Positions 1-8,603 of a stretch of 37,795 nucleotides of DNA are shown piece after piece (position 1 is the first letter of the stretch; each line of letters opens with the position of its first letter). Made by a program: the position numbers and the translations under genes. The stretch is taken from positions 1 through 37,795 of the IMG/VR virus record IMGVR_UViG_3300025066_000067. The stretch is one strand, 5' to 3'. The DNA comes from a virus (lineage: Duplodnaviria; Caudoviricetes). The notes beneath the pieces are model-generated. The model was not told where the DNA came from. It ran no database searches and saw only the letters and a list, made by a program, of their open reading frames with translations.

Positions 1-298
1 GCCTTAACGATGATGGGTTGATAATCATACCATTACAACTTCGGTGGGTTTAGAAATTATTATATGAAGTTATACAATGGGATTATCACGAAATCATCAC
101 AGAATTAAATATGGTCATACAGCACTCAACTTACTCATAACATAAAAGAGAAGCTCATAACACCGGACCACAGAAATGATTAGGTATATGAGCCAAAAAA
201 TTAAATAAGGTTACGAATGAAAACAAATGAGAAATAAAATGGGTATTTGGTTTTGTAGAAAGATATAGTTATTAATAATAAGACGGAGGTAGAATTAG

Positions 299-469
299 AT
301 GTTAAAAACAATAATTAAATCAATACTATGGTGTACAATATTTAGCTGTTTGTTCACAATACTAACTGTTCATGACCCAAGAGCATTTGGTATTGTAGCA
401 TTTGTAGGGTTTCTGTGTACTTGGGTGTTATTTAGGTGGGATAAATTTGAGGACTATTTAGATGAGTAA
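299..469 (+). CDS. small membrane protein (56 aa, below ORF-track cutoff)
   Basis: GGAGG RBS at 285-289, ATG 299, two hydrophobic segments, TAA 467-469 overlapping next gene. Confidence 0.65.
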   Translation: MLKTIIKSILWCTIFSCLFTILTVHDPRAFGIVAFVGFLCTWVLFRWDKFEDYLDE

Positions 470-710
470 ATGTAAAAAAATAACAATGAATAATAAACAA
501 TTAGACTTAGGACTAACTGATATAGATAACATAGAATTATCAGGTAGATACAATAAAAAAGATAAAGAAATTATTTTAAAAATAATGAAGGTGTTAAAGT
601 ATTGGGAAGATGCAGATATATTTAATTTAAAGGTCAAAATGATGATTGCAGAACACATCCATAATGAAGTAAAAGATGTATACAGAGAATTAGTACCGAG
701 AGGATTATAG
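462..710 (+). CDS. hypothetical protein; may extend through TAG to 785
   Basis: ORF track; in-frame sequence after TAG reads NDMELGSKIR, matching PNDMVLGNKIR of ORF 1417-1704. Confidence 0.6.
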   Translation: MSKCKKITMNNKQLDLGLTDIDNIELSGRYNKKDKEIILKIMKVLKYWEDADIFNLKVKMMIAEHIHNEVKDVYRELVPRGL

Positions 711-819
711 AATGATATGGAACTCGGTAGTAAGATAAGACACTTTATGAGTGTAGTAAATGAAATGTTAGAAAAAAGTGAATAGGAAATTTTTTATGAA
801 TGGGAATATATATAACACA

Positions 820-867
820 GCAATCCGCAGTGAGTTGTGTGATGCAATCCACAGTGAGTTGTGTGAG
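820..867. repeat. 24-bp tandem duplication
   Basis: gcaatccgcagtgagttgtgtgat followed by gcaatccacagtgagttgtgtgag. Confidence 0.9.
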
Positions 868-875
868 TGTGCCAT

Positions 876-1157
876 ATGAAGTTAAACATAACAAACATAA
901 TAAGTGATTTCTTAGCAAGTAGAATCAATCTATTCTTGTTAGATTTGATGTTATACAGCTTGTTGTTCTACACAATAGGTCCAAGTCTATCAACAAGTCA
1001 AATGATATTCGTGTTGGTGTTGTTGGTGATAATTAACACATTGACCAACATTAGAGGTGTAACAAAGGGAATGATTATAGCCACAATTCATAGAGAACAA
1101 ATGGAAGAAGAAATAGCTAAGATGCTTAACGATAACGAGGAAAACAACGATGAATGA
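876..1157 (+). CDS. hypothetical membrane protein
   Basis: ORF track (ATG at 876 preferred); two TM-like segments and acidic tail. Confidence 0.6.
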   Translation: MKLNITNIISDFLASRINLFLLDLMLYSLLFYTIGPSLSTSQMIFVLVLLVIINTLTNIRGVTKGMIIATIHREQMEEEIAKMLNDNEENNDE

Positions 1158-1416
1158 TATAGATATGTGGGATGACATTGAAGAAGCTTTTGAAGTCGGT
1201 GATATGAAAGAATATAAAAGACTTATGAGTATATTTATACAACAGTATATTGAGGACAACTATGAATAAATTAAATCATTTTAATGTTAGTATAGTAAAA
1301 TCAATAATGAGAATATCAGGTTATAGTTTGATATTATTAGATATTACAACTGCAGTTATTGTGTTGATACTTTCAGAAGTATTAGGTATTATAGAAGAAA
1401 TTGTGGAGGAGAAATA

Positions 1417-1704
1417 ATGAAGAAATCCACGACAAAGAGGTTGAATAAGATGTGTGGAGTTGGTAACGAGTTAGATGAAATATTAGAGAAGGGTAGAGAA
1501 TATACATTAGAGGACTTCGGTGAAGTTATAGCATGGGACGATGAAGGAAGACCATTCATTGCGTACAGAGATAACAAGAAACAACAACAAGAACAACAAC
1601 CACAAGAACAAAGCTTTGAAGATATAGTTAGACAACTAACAAAACAATATCCTAATGATATGGTGTTGGGTAATAAGATAAGAGAGTTGTGTCTTGAAGA
1701 ATAA
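1417..1704 (+). CDS. hypothetical phage protein with PNDxxLGxKIR motif
   Basis: GGAGGAG RBS, ORF track. Confidence 0.7.
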   Translation: MKKSTTKRLNKMCGVGNELDEILEKGREYTLEDFGEVIAWDDEGRPFIAYRDNKKQQQEQQPQEQSFEDIVRQLTKQYPNDMVLGNKIRELCLEE

Positions 1705-2152
1705 CAAGTTCAAAGAGTATTGTAAGAACAATCCAGAGTGGGCTCTAAACGAAGATAGAATTGGACGCCAGACTTGTATTGACAATATTCCAACATTCAT
1801 TGATGAGATTAGTTATATAGGAGAGCATCCCGATAAGTATGACATTGACTTAATAGCGTATGATAATGAAGATAATATATTTACATACATTGAGGCAGAA
1901 CATTCTAACTCGTGGAAAACCATAAAGTTTCCATATAAAAGAATGAATGTACCGATTAGAAAGAAGAAGTTCTTTATTAAGTATCCAAATAGTCTGTATG
2001 TCATGGTGAATAAGAATAGTACCTGTATGGGAGTAGTACATAGTGAAGACATATTAAATAGCTATGTTAAAGAGGTAAGCAACAAATATAACAAGAGTGG
2101 GGAGTATTTCTATTCTGTGAGTTTAGAGGATATAGAGTTTTATGTCTTATAA
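1694..2152 (+). CDS. putative PD-(D/E)xK-fold endonuclease
   Basis: YDIDLIAYD...YIEAEH pattern resembles restriction-endonuclease-fold active site. Confidence 0.5.
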   Translation: MKNNKFKEYCKNNPEWALNEDRIGRQTCIDNIPTFIDEISYIGEHPDKYDIDLIAYDNEDNIFTYIEAEHSNSWKTIKFPYKRMNVPIRKKKFFIKYPNSLYVMVNKNSTCMGVVHSEDILNSYVKEVSNKYNKSGEYFYSVSLEDIEFYVL

Positions 2153-2249
2153 GGGTGTCTAGTCGGGTGAGTCCAGCTTTGTCAGTTAGGAGGAGTCTAT
2201 ATGTGTGTTATAAGACTACAAGTGAGTGAACAAAGCCAAAGCTTTGTAC

Positions 2250-2440
2250 TTATCAACATATTTGAAAGTTATTAACATATTGAATTGTGGATAACTTGTT
2301 GATAACTTTGTAGGTGAGGAAAGGTGTTAGATACTACATATACATATTGTAGAATACAACTTTTCACTATAAAATAATAGTGCGGTCCTCCAACATTGTA
2401 TCATACAAGTATGTTAAACTGTTAATAACTGTGCGGATAA
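2250..2440. promoter_or_regulatory. cluster of six DnaA-box-like 9-mers; candidate replication origin
   Basis: TTATCAACA 2250, TTATTAACA 2269, TGTGGATAA 2286 (perfect consensus), TGTTGATAA 2297, TGTTAATAA 2420, TGCGGATAA 2432, in a ~400-bp ORF-free gap. Confidence 0.6.
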
Positions 2441-2444
2441 CTCT

Positions 2445-2490
2445 AAAACATCAAAAAAACATCAAAAAAACATCAAAAAGCATCAAAAAA
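2445..2490. repeat. phased A-tract repeat (catc+A5-7) x4, 10-11 bp period
   Basis: aaaacatcaaaaaaacatcaaaaaaacatcaaaaagcatcaaaaaa. Confidence 0.85.
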
Positions 2491-2503
2491 GTGAAAATAA
2501 TCC

Positions 2504-2533
2504 TTGACACGCATGCCTAAAGTGTTGTATATT
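2504..2533 (+). promoter_or_regulatory. sigma70-type early promoter (family copy)
   Basis: TTGACA-N18-TATATT with A-rich UP element. Confidence 0.8.
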
Positions 2534-2570
2534 ATAGTAGTTGATGAGAGAGATAAATAAAACAAAAGGA

Positions 2571-2852
2571 ATGAATATGAATTTAAGTGAATGGTCAGAT
2601 GACAAAAAGAGGTCTATGAGTATGAATGAAACAATAACAGATAATGAGGGTACTGAATGGGTAGAGAATGATTTAGGTTTCTATGCTGTTCTTGATAGTA
2701 CATTATTGTTTGGTTATGATATGGAAGAAATAAATACTGATTACTTTGTTGAGGTATCAGACTTAACTGATTTAACAACAGAGGAATATAGTGAGTTAGC
2801 TACATTACTCTTTGATACTTTCGGTTATGAACTTGGAACAAGATTTCTTTAA
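2571..2852 (+). CDS. acidic hypothetical early protein
   Basis: ORF track; AAAGGA RBS; own promoter. Confidence 0.7.
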   Translation: MNMNLSEWSDDKKRSMSMNETITDNEGTEWVENDLGFYAVLDSTLLFGYDMEEINTDYFVEVSDLTDLTTEEYSELATLLFDTFGYELGTRFL

Positions 2853-2876
2853 GGAGAAATTAAATTAAAATAAACC

Positions 2877-2906
2877 TTGACTTGTATAGTAAAAAGGTTG
2901 TATATT
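2877..2906 (+). promoter_or_regulatory. early promoter (family copy)
   Basis: TTGACT-N18-TATATT. Confidence 0.8.
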
Positions 2907-2944
2907 ATAGTGTAATCAGAAAGACAATAAAGGAAAAGGATAAA

Positions 2945-3193
2945 ATGATTAAAATAAAAACAGAAATAAGTAAGATAGACAATTTAACGGAGTTGAATGA
3001 TTTGTCAACTTATATCAAGGAATGTAAGGTTATGTTAGCTAAGACTAATTTAAGTGTGGGTATGGAAGTTTGGGTGGTTCAAAAGACTAAACGTACTCCT
3101 GGTGTTATTACTAAGATGAAAATTAAGAAAGCTAATGTTGATATGAGAGGCTCTTCTTATAGTGTTCCCTTCTCAATGATAGAAGCTAAGTAA
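2945..3193 (+). CDS. small protein with SH3/KOW-like C-terminal barrel
   Basis: AAAGGA RBS before ATG 2945; LSVGMEVWV...GVITKM...YSVPFSMI pattern. Confidence 0.6.
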   Translation: MIKIKTEISKIDNLTELNDLSTYIKECKVMLAKTNLSVGMEVWVVQKTKRTPGVITKMKIKKANVDMRGSSYSVPFSMIEAK

Positions 3194-3323
3194 GTTATGA
3201 ATGAATTAGAAAGTTTAGTAGAATGAAAATATTATTAATTGGAATAGGATTTATAGTGGTTTCAGTTGTAATGGTAGCTCTAATAGGTGTTTTAATAGTA
3301 TATATAATGAAATGGATGAATAA

Positions 3324-3443
3324 ATGAATGAATTAGAATGTAAAGAATGTGGTTGTACTACTGAATGTAGTGAAGAAGCAGTAGCTGTTACGTGTTGTTT
3401 GTGTGTAAATGAACGATTGTTGGAGAGTTCTGATATATGTTAG
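3324..3443 (+). CDS. 39-aa Cys4 zinc-ribbon peptide
   Basis: CKEC...EEAVAVTCCLC, paralogous to the N-terminus of ORF 20435-20860. Confidence 0.6.
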   Translation: MNELECKECGCTTECSEEAVAVTCCLCVNERLLESSDIC

Positions 3444-3583
3444 AGATATCAGTAGTCTTATTTGATGCGTTTCTGTTTGGACTGTTCTTATTATGTATGC
3501 CTGTTGTAGTGTATTTCTTATATGTATGGTTTACTCAAGCTGTTAATGATTTAATGAATGATGAAAAATAATTATAATAAACC

Positions 3584-3613
3584 TTGTCGTGTATAGGTAA
3601 ATAGTTGTATATT
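3584..3613 (+). promoter_or_regulatory. early promoter (family copy)
   Basis: TTGTCG-N18-TATATT. Confidence 0.7.
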
Positions 3614-3641
3614 ATAAGTATAAGATAAACGGAGATAGAAA

Positions 3642-3830
3642 ATGGATATGTGGGAATTAGGAATAGTAGAAGTTAATGATAATGAAATGGTTGAAAATAA
3701 AGCCAGTTTCAATGTGTATCATTGTGAAGAATGTAATCAGAGTTATGAAATGAGTGATAATACTATATTTTATCATAACGACTTCCCTACATTTGGGGTA
3801 GAACGAAAGGTTTGTATTAACTGTAATTAA
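3642..3830 (+). CDS. small zinc-finger protein
   Basis: GGAG RBS; CEEC...CINC. Confidence 0.7.
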   Translation: MDMWELGIVEVNDNEMVENKASFNVYHCEECNQSYEMSDNTIFYHNDFPTFGVERKVCINCN

Positions 3831-3836
3831 AGAATT

Positions 3837-3923
3837 GAGAGATACCGGCATACTTGGGTTGTTTGGCGTCCGTGATCTAGGACTAGAAACTAACTAATAG
3901 CCTCAGTCCCTCCCGGTTCTCTC
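3837..3923 (+). ncRNA. candidate structured RNA (unknown family)
   Basis: closing stem gagagataccgg/ccggttctctc, inner gtcc/ggac hairpin, locally GC-rich, intergenic. Confidence 0.4.
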
Positions 3924-3992
3924 CTCACAATTAAATAGGTTATATTCGTGATGGTATAGGTCTTTATTCCTTTCTACCTATTCATCACACAT

Positions 3993-4038
3993 AAGGGCTC
4001 ACAATGGTTAACTCCTTTTCCAGTGAGCCCTTTTTTTT
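3993..4038 (+). terminator. intrinsic terminator
   Basis: aagggctcac/gtgagccctt stem followed by T run. Confidence 0.8.
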
Positions 4039-4130
4039 GTGCTTTGTATTATCCTTGTATTATACAACTAAAATAGCTTGGATTGAATGACGAGTGGTTA
4101 TAATTATTTTACAAAGGATAAAGATAATCC

Positions 4131-4160
4131 TTGACTTGCATGTATAAAAGGTTGTAAATT
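4131..4160 (+). promoter_or_regulatory. early promoter (family copy, no ORF directly downstream)
   Basis: TTGACT-N18-TAAATT. Confidence 0.65.
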
Positions 4161-4249
4161 ATATGGGACCTATATATAAAAAAAAAAGAACTTAACTTAC
4201 ACCTAAAGTAACGCTTTAAGTCTGGTTACAAACTGTTACAATTTAGTTC

Positions 4250-4278
4250 TTGATATATCGCTGTAATATGTGTATATT
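4250..4278 (+). promoter_or_regulatory. promoter of candidate ncRNA
   Basis: TTGATA-N17-TATATT followed by the gatgagagaga leader seen at other family copies. Confidence 0.65.
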
Positions 4279-4289
4279 AGTATAGACGA

Positions 4290-4447
4290 TGAGAGAGATA
4301 TTTAAAAGATTAGATTTCACACAGACCGCCAGTACGGTGGTTGATGAGGGCCTGAAAAACCCTAACCAAGTTACAAGAGAAGGAGTTATCCTTAGTAGCT
4401 ATATACCGAGAGATGAAGTGGCTTCATTACCCACGATGTATCTCTCA
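4290..4447 (+). ncRNA. candidate multi-stem ncRNA (alternatively a leaderless 58-aa ORF 4289-4465)
   Basis: ends pair (gagagata/tatctctc); four internal hairpins; lies between two promoters. Confidence 0.5.
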
Positions 4448-4468
4448 AGAATTAATTTAAAATAAACC

Positions 4469-4498
4469 TTGACCTGCATGCGGTAATGGTTGTATATT
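4469..4498 (+). promoter_or_regulatory. early promoter of AAA+ gene
   Basis: TTGACC-N18-TATATT, GCATGC in spacer. Confidence 0.8.
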
Positions 4499-4545
4499 AT
4501 AATAGATGATGAGAGAGAAATTAAACAATGATAAAGGAGCTTTAA

Positions 4546-5739
4546 ATGGCTAAAATGATGGACAAGACACCAGAAGTATTATGTGAAGTAGTTAAATCAG
4601 GGAATAGGTTTAACGCCGTTGATACTGATGGTAATAAAAGAACTTCTGAAATATCAACAACTACTCGGAAACGAGCGTTTGAGAGTGATTGTTACTTAGG
4701 AAGATTTACAACTTCTACTGGGAAATTCCAGTGGAGATTACTTAATAAGGATGAGGTTAATGTAAGTACTCCTTCTCCTACTACTACTGATGAAACTTCC
4801 CCTTCGATCGAAGTACCAAGTGAACACGCTGAGGTGATGGCTTTTATACATAATAGTTATGGTCTTAAACCTCGTGGTCTAATGATGAAAGAATTAAAGT
4901 GGAAGTATCTTATCAGAAGTGCAGTTCGTGGAAAGAATATTATGATGACTGGTGCTGCAGGTTGTGGTAAAACTATGGCGGCGAAAGCATTAGTTAATAG
5001 TTTAGATAGACCTGACTTCTATTTCAACTTAGGAGCAACCCAAGACCCTCGAGGTACACTAATTGGTAATACTCATTTTGAAGAAGGTAAAGGAACTTAC
5101 TTCTCAGAGTCATTATTCGTTAAAGCAATATCAACACCAAACTCAGTGATACTATTAGATGAACTATCAAGAGCTCATCCAGATGCATGGAATATCTTAA
5201 TGACAGTATTAGATTATGGTCAAAGGTATTTAAGATTAGATGAACAAGATGGACAAGCAACTATTAAGGTTGCAGAGAATGTTACTTTCATAGCAACAGC
5301 AAACATCGGTAATGAGTACACTTCAACAAGACAATTAGATAAAGCCTTAATGGACAGATTCACTATTGTCGAAATGGACCTATTAAATGAATCAGAAGAA
5401 AATGATTTACTTACATATATGTTTCCTAATGTAGATAGTACAGTATTAAGTAATGTAGCTAAGATAGCATCACTAACTCGTTCAGAAGCAGGTAGTGATA
5501 CTGCGAGAATACCATCTGGTATTAGTACACGAACTACTGTTGAATTATGTGGGTTACTATATGATGGATTTTCACTTGAAGAATCAGCAGAGGTGAGTAT
5601 TTATCCTCAGTATGATAATACAGGTGGTGTAGATAGTGAAAGAACTTTCGTGAAACAAATTGTTCAAAAGTTCTGTGATGACGGAACTACTGATGACTTG
5701 TTTAATGATGATGAAGTAGAGAACGCTTCAACAATATAG
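4546..5739 (+). CDS. MoxR/CbbQ/NirQ-like AAA+ ATPase
   Basis: Walker A GAAGCGKT, Walker B ILLDELSR, FIATAN sensor 1, LDKALMDRF arginine finger. Confidence 0.9.
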   Translation: MAKMMDKTPEVLCEVVKSGNRFNAVDTDGNKRTSEISTTTRKRAFESDCYLGRFTTSTGKFQWRLLNKDEVNVSTPSPTTTDETSPSIEVPSEHAEVMAFIHNSYGLKPRGLMMKELKWKYLIRSAVRGKNIMMTGAAGCGKTMAAKALVNSLDRPDFYFNLGATQDPRGTLIGNTHFEEGKGTYFSESLFVKAISTPNSVILLDELSRAHPDAWNILMTVLDYGQRYLRLDEQDGQATIKVAENVTFIATANIGNEYTSTRQLDKALMDRFTIVEMDLLNESEENDLLTYMFPNVDSTVLSNVAKIASLTRSEAGSDTARIPSGISTRTTVELCGLLYDGFSLEESAEVSIYPQYDNTGGVDSERTFVKQIVQKFCDDGTTDDLFNDDEVENASTI

Positions 5740-5962
5740 TTCTCGATTGAAATTTGGCGTGTTCCTGAGAGGTTTATTGTGAACACGCTATTCAACTCCG
5801 TAAATAGAAATAAGCAAGATTAAGCAAACTTGAAAGGGTTTTTCGGTTTAGCTAAAGTAATGGTTTAGGTGCTCTGATGTCCATCCTATTCGAGCTCAAT
5901 TTTTCCGTATATAGTAAATTAACACAATGTCTTTTGATACTTCGTATCTGATATGTGTGTGG

Positions 5963-6078
5963 CTTTGACTTTGACTACTTACTTTGACTTTGACTACTTA
6001 CTTTGACTTTGACTACTTACTTTGACTACTTACTTTTTGACTAACTTTGACTTGGCTAACTTTGACTTGGCTAACTTT
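5963..6078. repeat. TTTGACT-based tandem repeat array
   Basis: (ctttgactttgactactta)x3, partial copies, then (ctttgacttggctaa)x2; ten TTGACT hexamers. Confidence 0.9.
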
Positions 6079-6089
6079 AAATATAAGGA

Positions 6090-6638
6090 ATGAATATGAA
6101 CATAAAAGATATAACACAGGAACATAAAGATAAATTGTGGAATGATAATAGTGAATACTTTAAATATGTATTCGGTAGAATGCTTGTTATGTATAAGACT
6201 GGTATTGATTATGATTCAGGACAATCTAATAATGTTAATGTTGATAAGTATTGTACTATTAATGATAAGGGTACTTCTGTTCTTATTCAGTTTACTCGGT
6301 TACTTATTGGTTATAATGGTATAGGTTTTAATATTACTCCTACTCGATGTGGGTTGATTAGTGAAAGAGCTTCTGTTACTTCTAACTCTGAATGTACTAA
6401 TGATCATTTGATTGGTGTTACAGAGGTTGGTAATCAAGTTGTTAAAGAATTTATTAAGTGTAACTACGATGTTGATTATATGGTTAATGAATGGTTATAT
6501 GAACATTTACATTATTGGTTTACTGTTAAGATAACTAAAGAAGAACATAAACAAGAGAACTTGGCTCGGAATAAACATTCTCTTGAAGATAAGATTAACC
6601 TTGTTCATTATGACGAAGCTGGGATTAATTTAAAATAA
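6090..6638 (+). CDS. hypothetical protein, possibly His-Me finger-like
   Basis: ORF track; TNDHLIG...ITKEEH pattern. Confidence 0.6.
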   Translation: MNMNIKDITQEHKDKLWNDNSEYFKYVFGRMLVMYKTGIDYDSGQSNNVNVDKYCTINDKGTSVLIQFTRLLIGYNGIGFNITPTRCGLISERASVTSNSECTNDHLIGVTEVGNQVVKEFIKCNYDVDYMVNEWLYEHLHYWFTVKITKEEHKQENLARNKHSLEDKINLVHYDEAGINLK

Positions 6639-6741
6639 ACTTATACACATCATACGACTTTCACGACTTAGCGACGGAGCTGTTATGTGTTTGTATATAT
6701 TAGTGTTAAAATAAAAATTTCAACTTTCTTAAAATAAATCC

Positions 6742-6771
6742 TTGACTTGTATTGTTAAAATGTTGTATATT
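6742..6771 (+). promoter_or_regulatory. early promoter (family copy)
   Basis: TTGACT-N18-TATATT; the ORF-track TTG start at 6742 is this -35 box. Confidence 0.8.
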
Positions 6772-6819
6772 ATATTAGTGGTTAGAGATAAAGAAATTAA
6801 TAAAATAAAGGAAAATGAA

Positions 6820-7329
6820 ATGAAAACAAATTCAACTATAACAATTAACGATAAGACATATAATGTGAACTTAAAGACTAAGACATATCAATATTGTTCT
6901 TATGTAACAGCGGCTGGTGTTGCTTCTGTATTAAGACAAACATTAAAAGAAATGAAAAAAGATGGTTTGATTGGTTACAAGAAATTATGGGTTAGGTCTG
7001 AAACTTATTCGGGTGGTAACTCTATTGATGTTAATACATATGGTGGAACTAATACTAAATTAATCGGATCCGTAGTTAATCTATTTCAAGAAGGTAATTT
7101 CAATGGAATGATTGATATGTATGAATATAATGGTGATAAATTAAATGTCATTATGAATGATACAGGTGAAGTTATGAACATTGGTGTTAAATATACTTTC
7201 TATTATAACAAAGCTCCATTTGGAACTGTTGAATATCGTAAAGAACAATATGTTAATGATTGTTTGGGTAAGGGTGTTGTACCAACTAAGGCTGGTGTTG
7301 ATAATTGGATTTCAATGTATAATGATTAA
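6820..7329 (+). CDS. LPD29-like (large polyvalent protein-associated) domain protein
   Basis: LR..LK...VRS.TYSGG.SI.V...F..G.FNGM.D.Y pattern; AAAGGA RBS. Confidence 0.6.
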   Translation: MKTNSTITINDKTYNVNLKTKTYQYCSYVTAAGVASVLRQTLKEMKKDGLIGYKKLWVRSETYSGGNSIDVNTYGGTNTKLIGSVVNLFQEGNFNGMIDMYEYNGDKLNVIMNDTGEVMNIGVKYTFYYNKAPFGTVEYRKEQYVNDCLGKGVVPTKAGVDNWISMYND

Positions 7330-7741
7330 GATAAAGGAAGATGAAGTTACATTTAAGATGAAAGAAATACAGGAGTTAAAATAAGATGGATAATTTTCTA
7401 TTAGGTATGTTAGTGATGTGGTTTACATATCCATTACTATCAGTATTACGAGAATTAGTTGCTGAGAAAATCGTTGTTATAGCCGTTGGTTCTGAACAAG
7501 ATAATAAAACAAAAACAGAAAAACAACCAATTGGATTTAAGGTATGACAGATATTGATGTAGGCCCATTATCTAATCAAAGTAAAGTATTACTTAATGTT
7601 GATTTAAATAAATTAGATGATGAAAAATATGTGAAGATGTTATTAGCCATAATGGGTAGTAAAGGATTACCTGAAAATATAAAACGGGTAGTTGATTTAG
7701 ATTATGAAATAGTAGAATGTTAATATAAGGAAAAGTAAATT

Positions 7742-7939
7742 ATGATAGATTACAAAGATGCGGAAGCAATAGATAATAAATATAGAAAAATGAGAAGTTG
7801 GATAAATCAATTTAAGGGTGGATATATTGCACTATTATATATATCAACACTTGCGTTATTAACATTAACAAGTGGTGATGTATTTTATGTGTCATGTGTA
7901 TTGTTCTTGTTGGTTACTAAAAATCTTTTTATGGATTAA
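7742..7939 (+). CDS. small membrane protein
   Basis: ORF track, hydrophobic C-terminal half. Confidence 0.6.
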   Translation: MIDYKDAEAIDNKYRKMRSWINQFKGGYIALLYISTLALLTLTSGDVFYVSCVLFLLVTKNLFMD

Positions 7940-7953
7940 ATAAAAAAAAAGAC

Positions 7954-7983
7954 TTGACTTGCATTGGTAAATAGTTGTATATT
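7954..7983 (+). promoter_or_regulatory. early promoter (family copy)
   Basis: TTGACT-N18-TATATT. Confidence 0.8.
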
Positions 7984-8035
7984 ATAGTAGTGGTTAGAGA
8001 TAGAGAAAATAATAATAAAATAAAGGAAATAAATA

Positions 8036-8401
8036 ATGATAAGTAAAGGTTTAGATTTTAGTAGAATGAATGTACAAGCAACAAGAGAGAGTTTAAGTAA
8101 AGGTGGTAGTGTTGTTTATAAAGATAAGTATTACAATTCACAGGTTAAGAAATATAACAAGAGTACCAAACGAGGTCGTAAGACAACTGTTGAAATGAGA
8201 ATGTGTTTGGTTCTTGCTATGAAATGTAATCGTAATTATGAAGGAGCACTTGACTTGTTGAGTTCCAAAGGTTTAGGTTCTGTTAAAGAATCTTATTGGG
8301 ATATGAGTAAGAGAGTTGGTTCTTATGGTGAAGAAGCTCTTAAAAGTTGGATTGTTCGTTCTCAACCTATTAGTTTTTATAAAGCGAACTTTGGAGTTTA
8401 A
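8036..8401 (+). CDS. basic hypothetical early protein
   Basis: ORF track, AAAGGA RBS, own promoter. Confidence 0.7.
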   Translation: MISKGLDFSRMNVQATRESLSKGGSVVYKDKYYNSQVKKYNKSTKRGRKTTVEMRMCLVLAMKCNRNYEGALDLLSSKGLGSVKESYWDMSKRVGSYGEEALKSWIVRSQPISFYKANFGV

Positions 8402-8603
8402 TTAATTAAATTAAAATAAATGACCTGTTTGGGAAAATAGGTCTATATATATATATATGTATGTAACGAGTTGTGAAACCGTGATACAATAAAAGATATT
8501 ATATACATTGATTCTTTACGAGTAATGAATATAATATAATCAATAAAATAATCAGGTGTTATATTTACTTGACACCGACACTTAAATATAGGAGGATTCA
8601 TTT

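Noticed and set aside
4339-4367. Hammerhead ribozyme (ttgatga...gaaa)
   Set aside because: Lacks CUGAUGA, and GAAA falls inside the hairpin loop rather than after stem II
5963-6078. CRISPR array
   Set aside because: Repeats are contiguous with no unique spacers, and no cas genes are present
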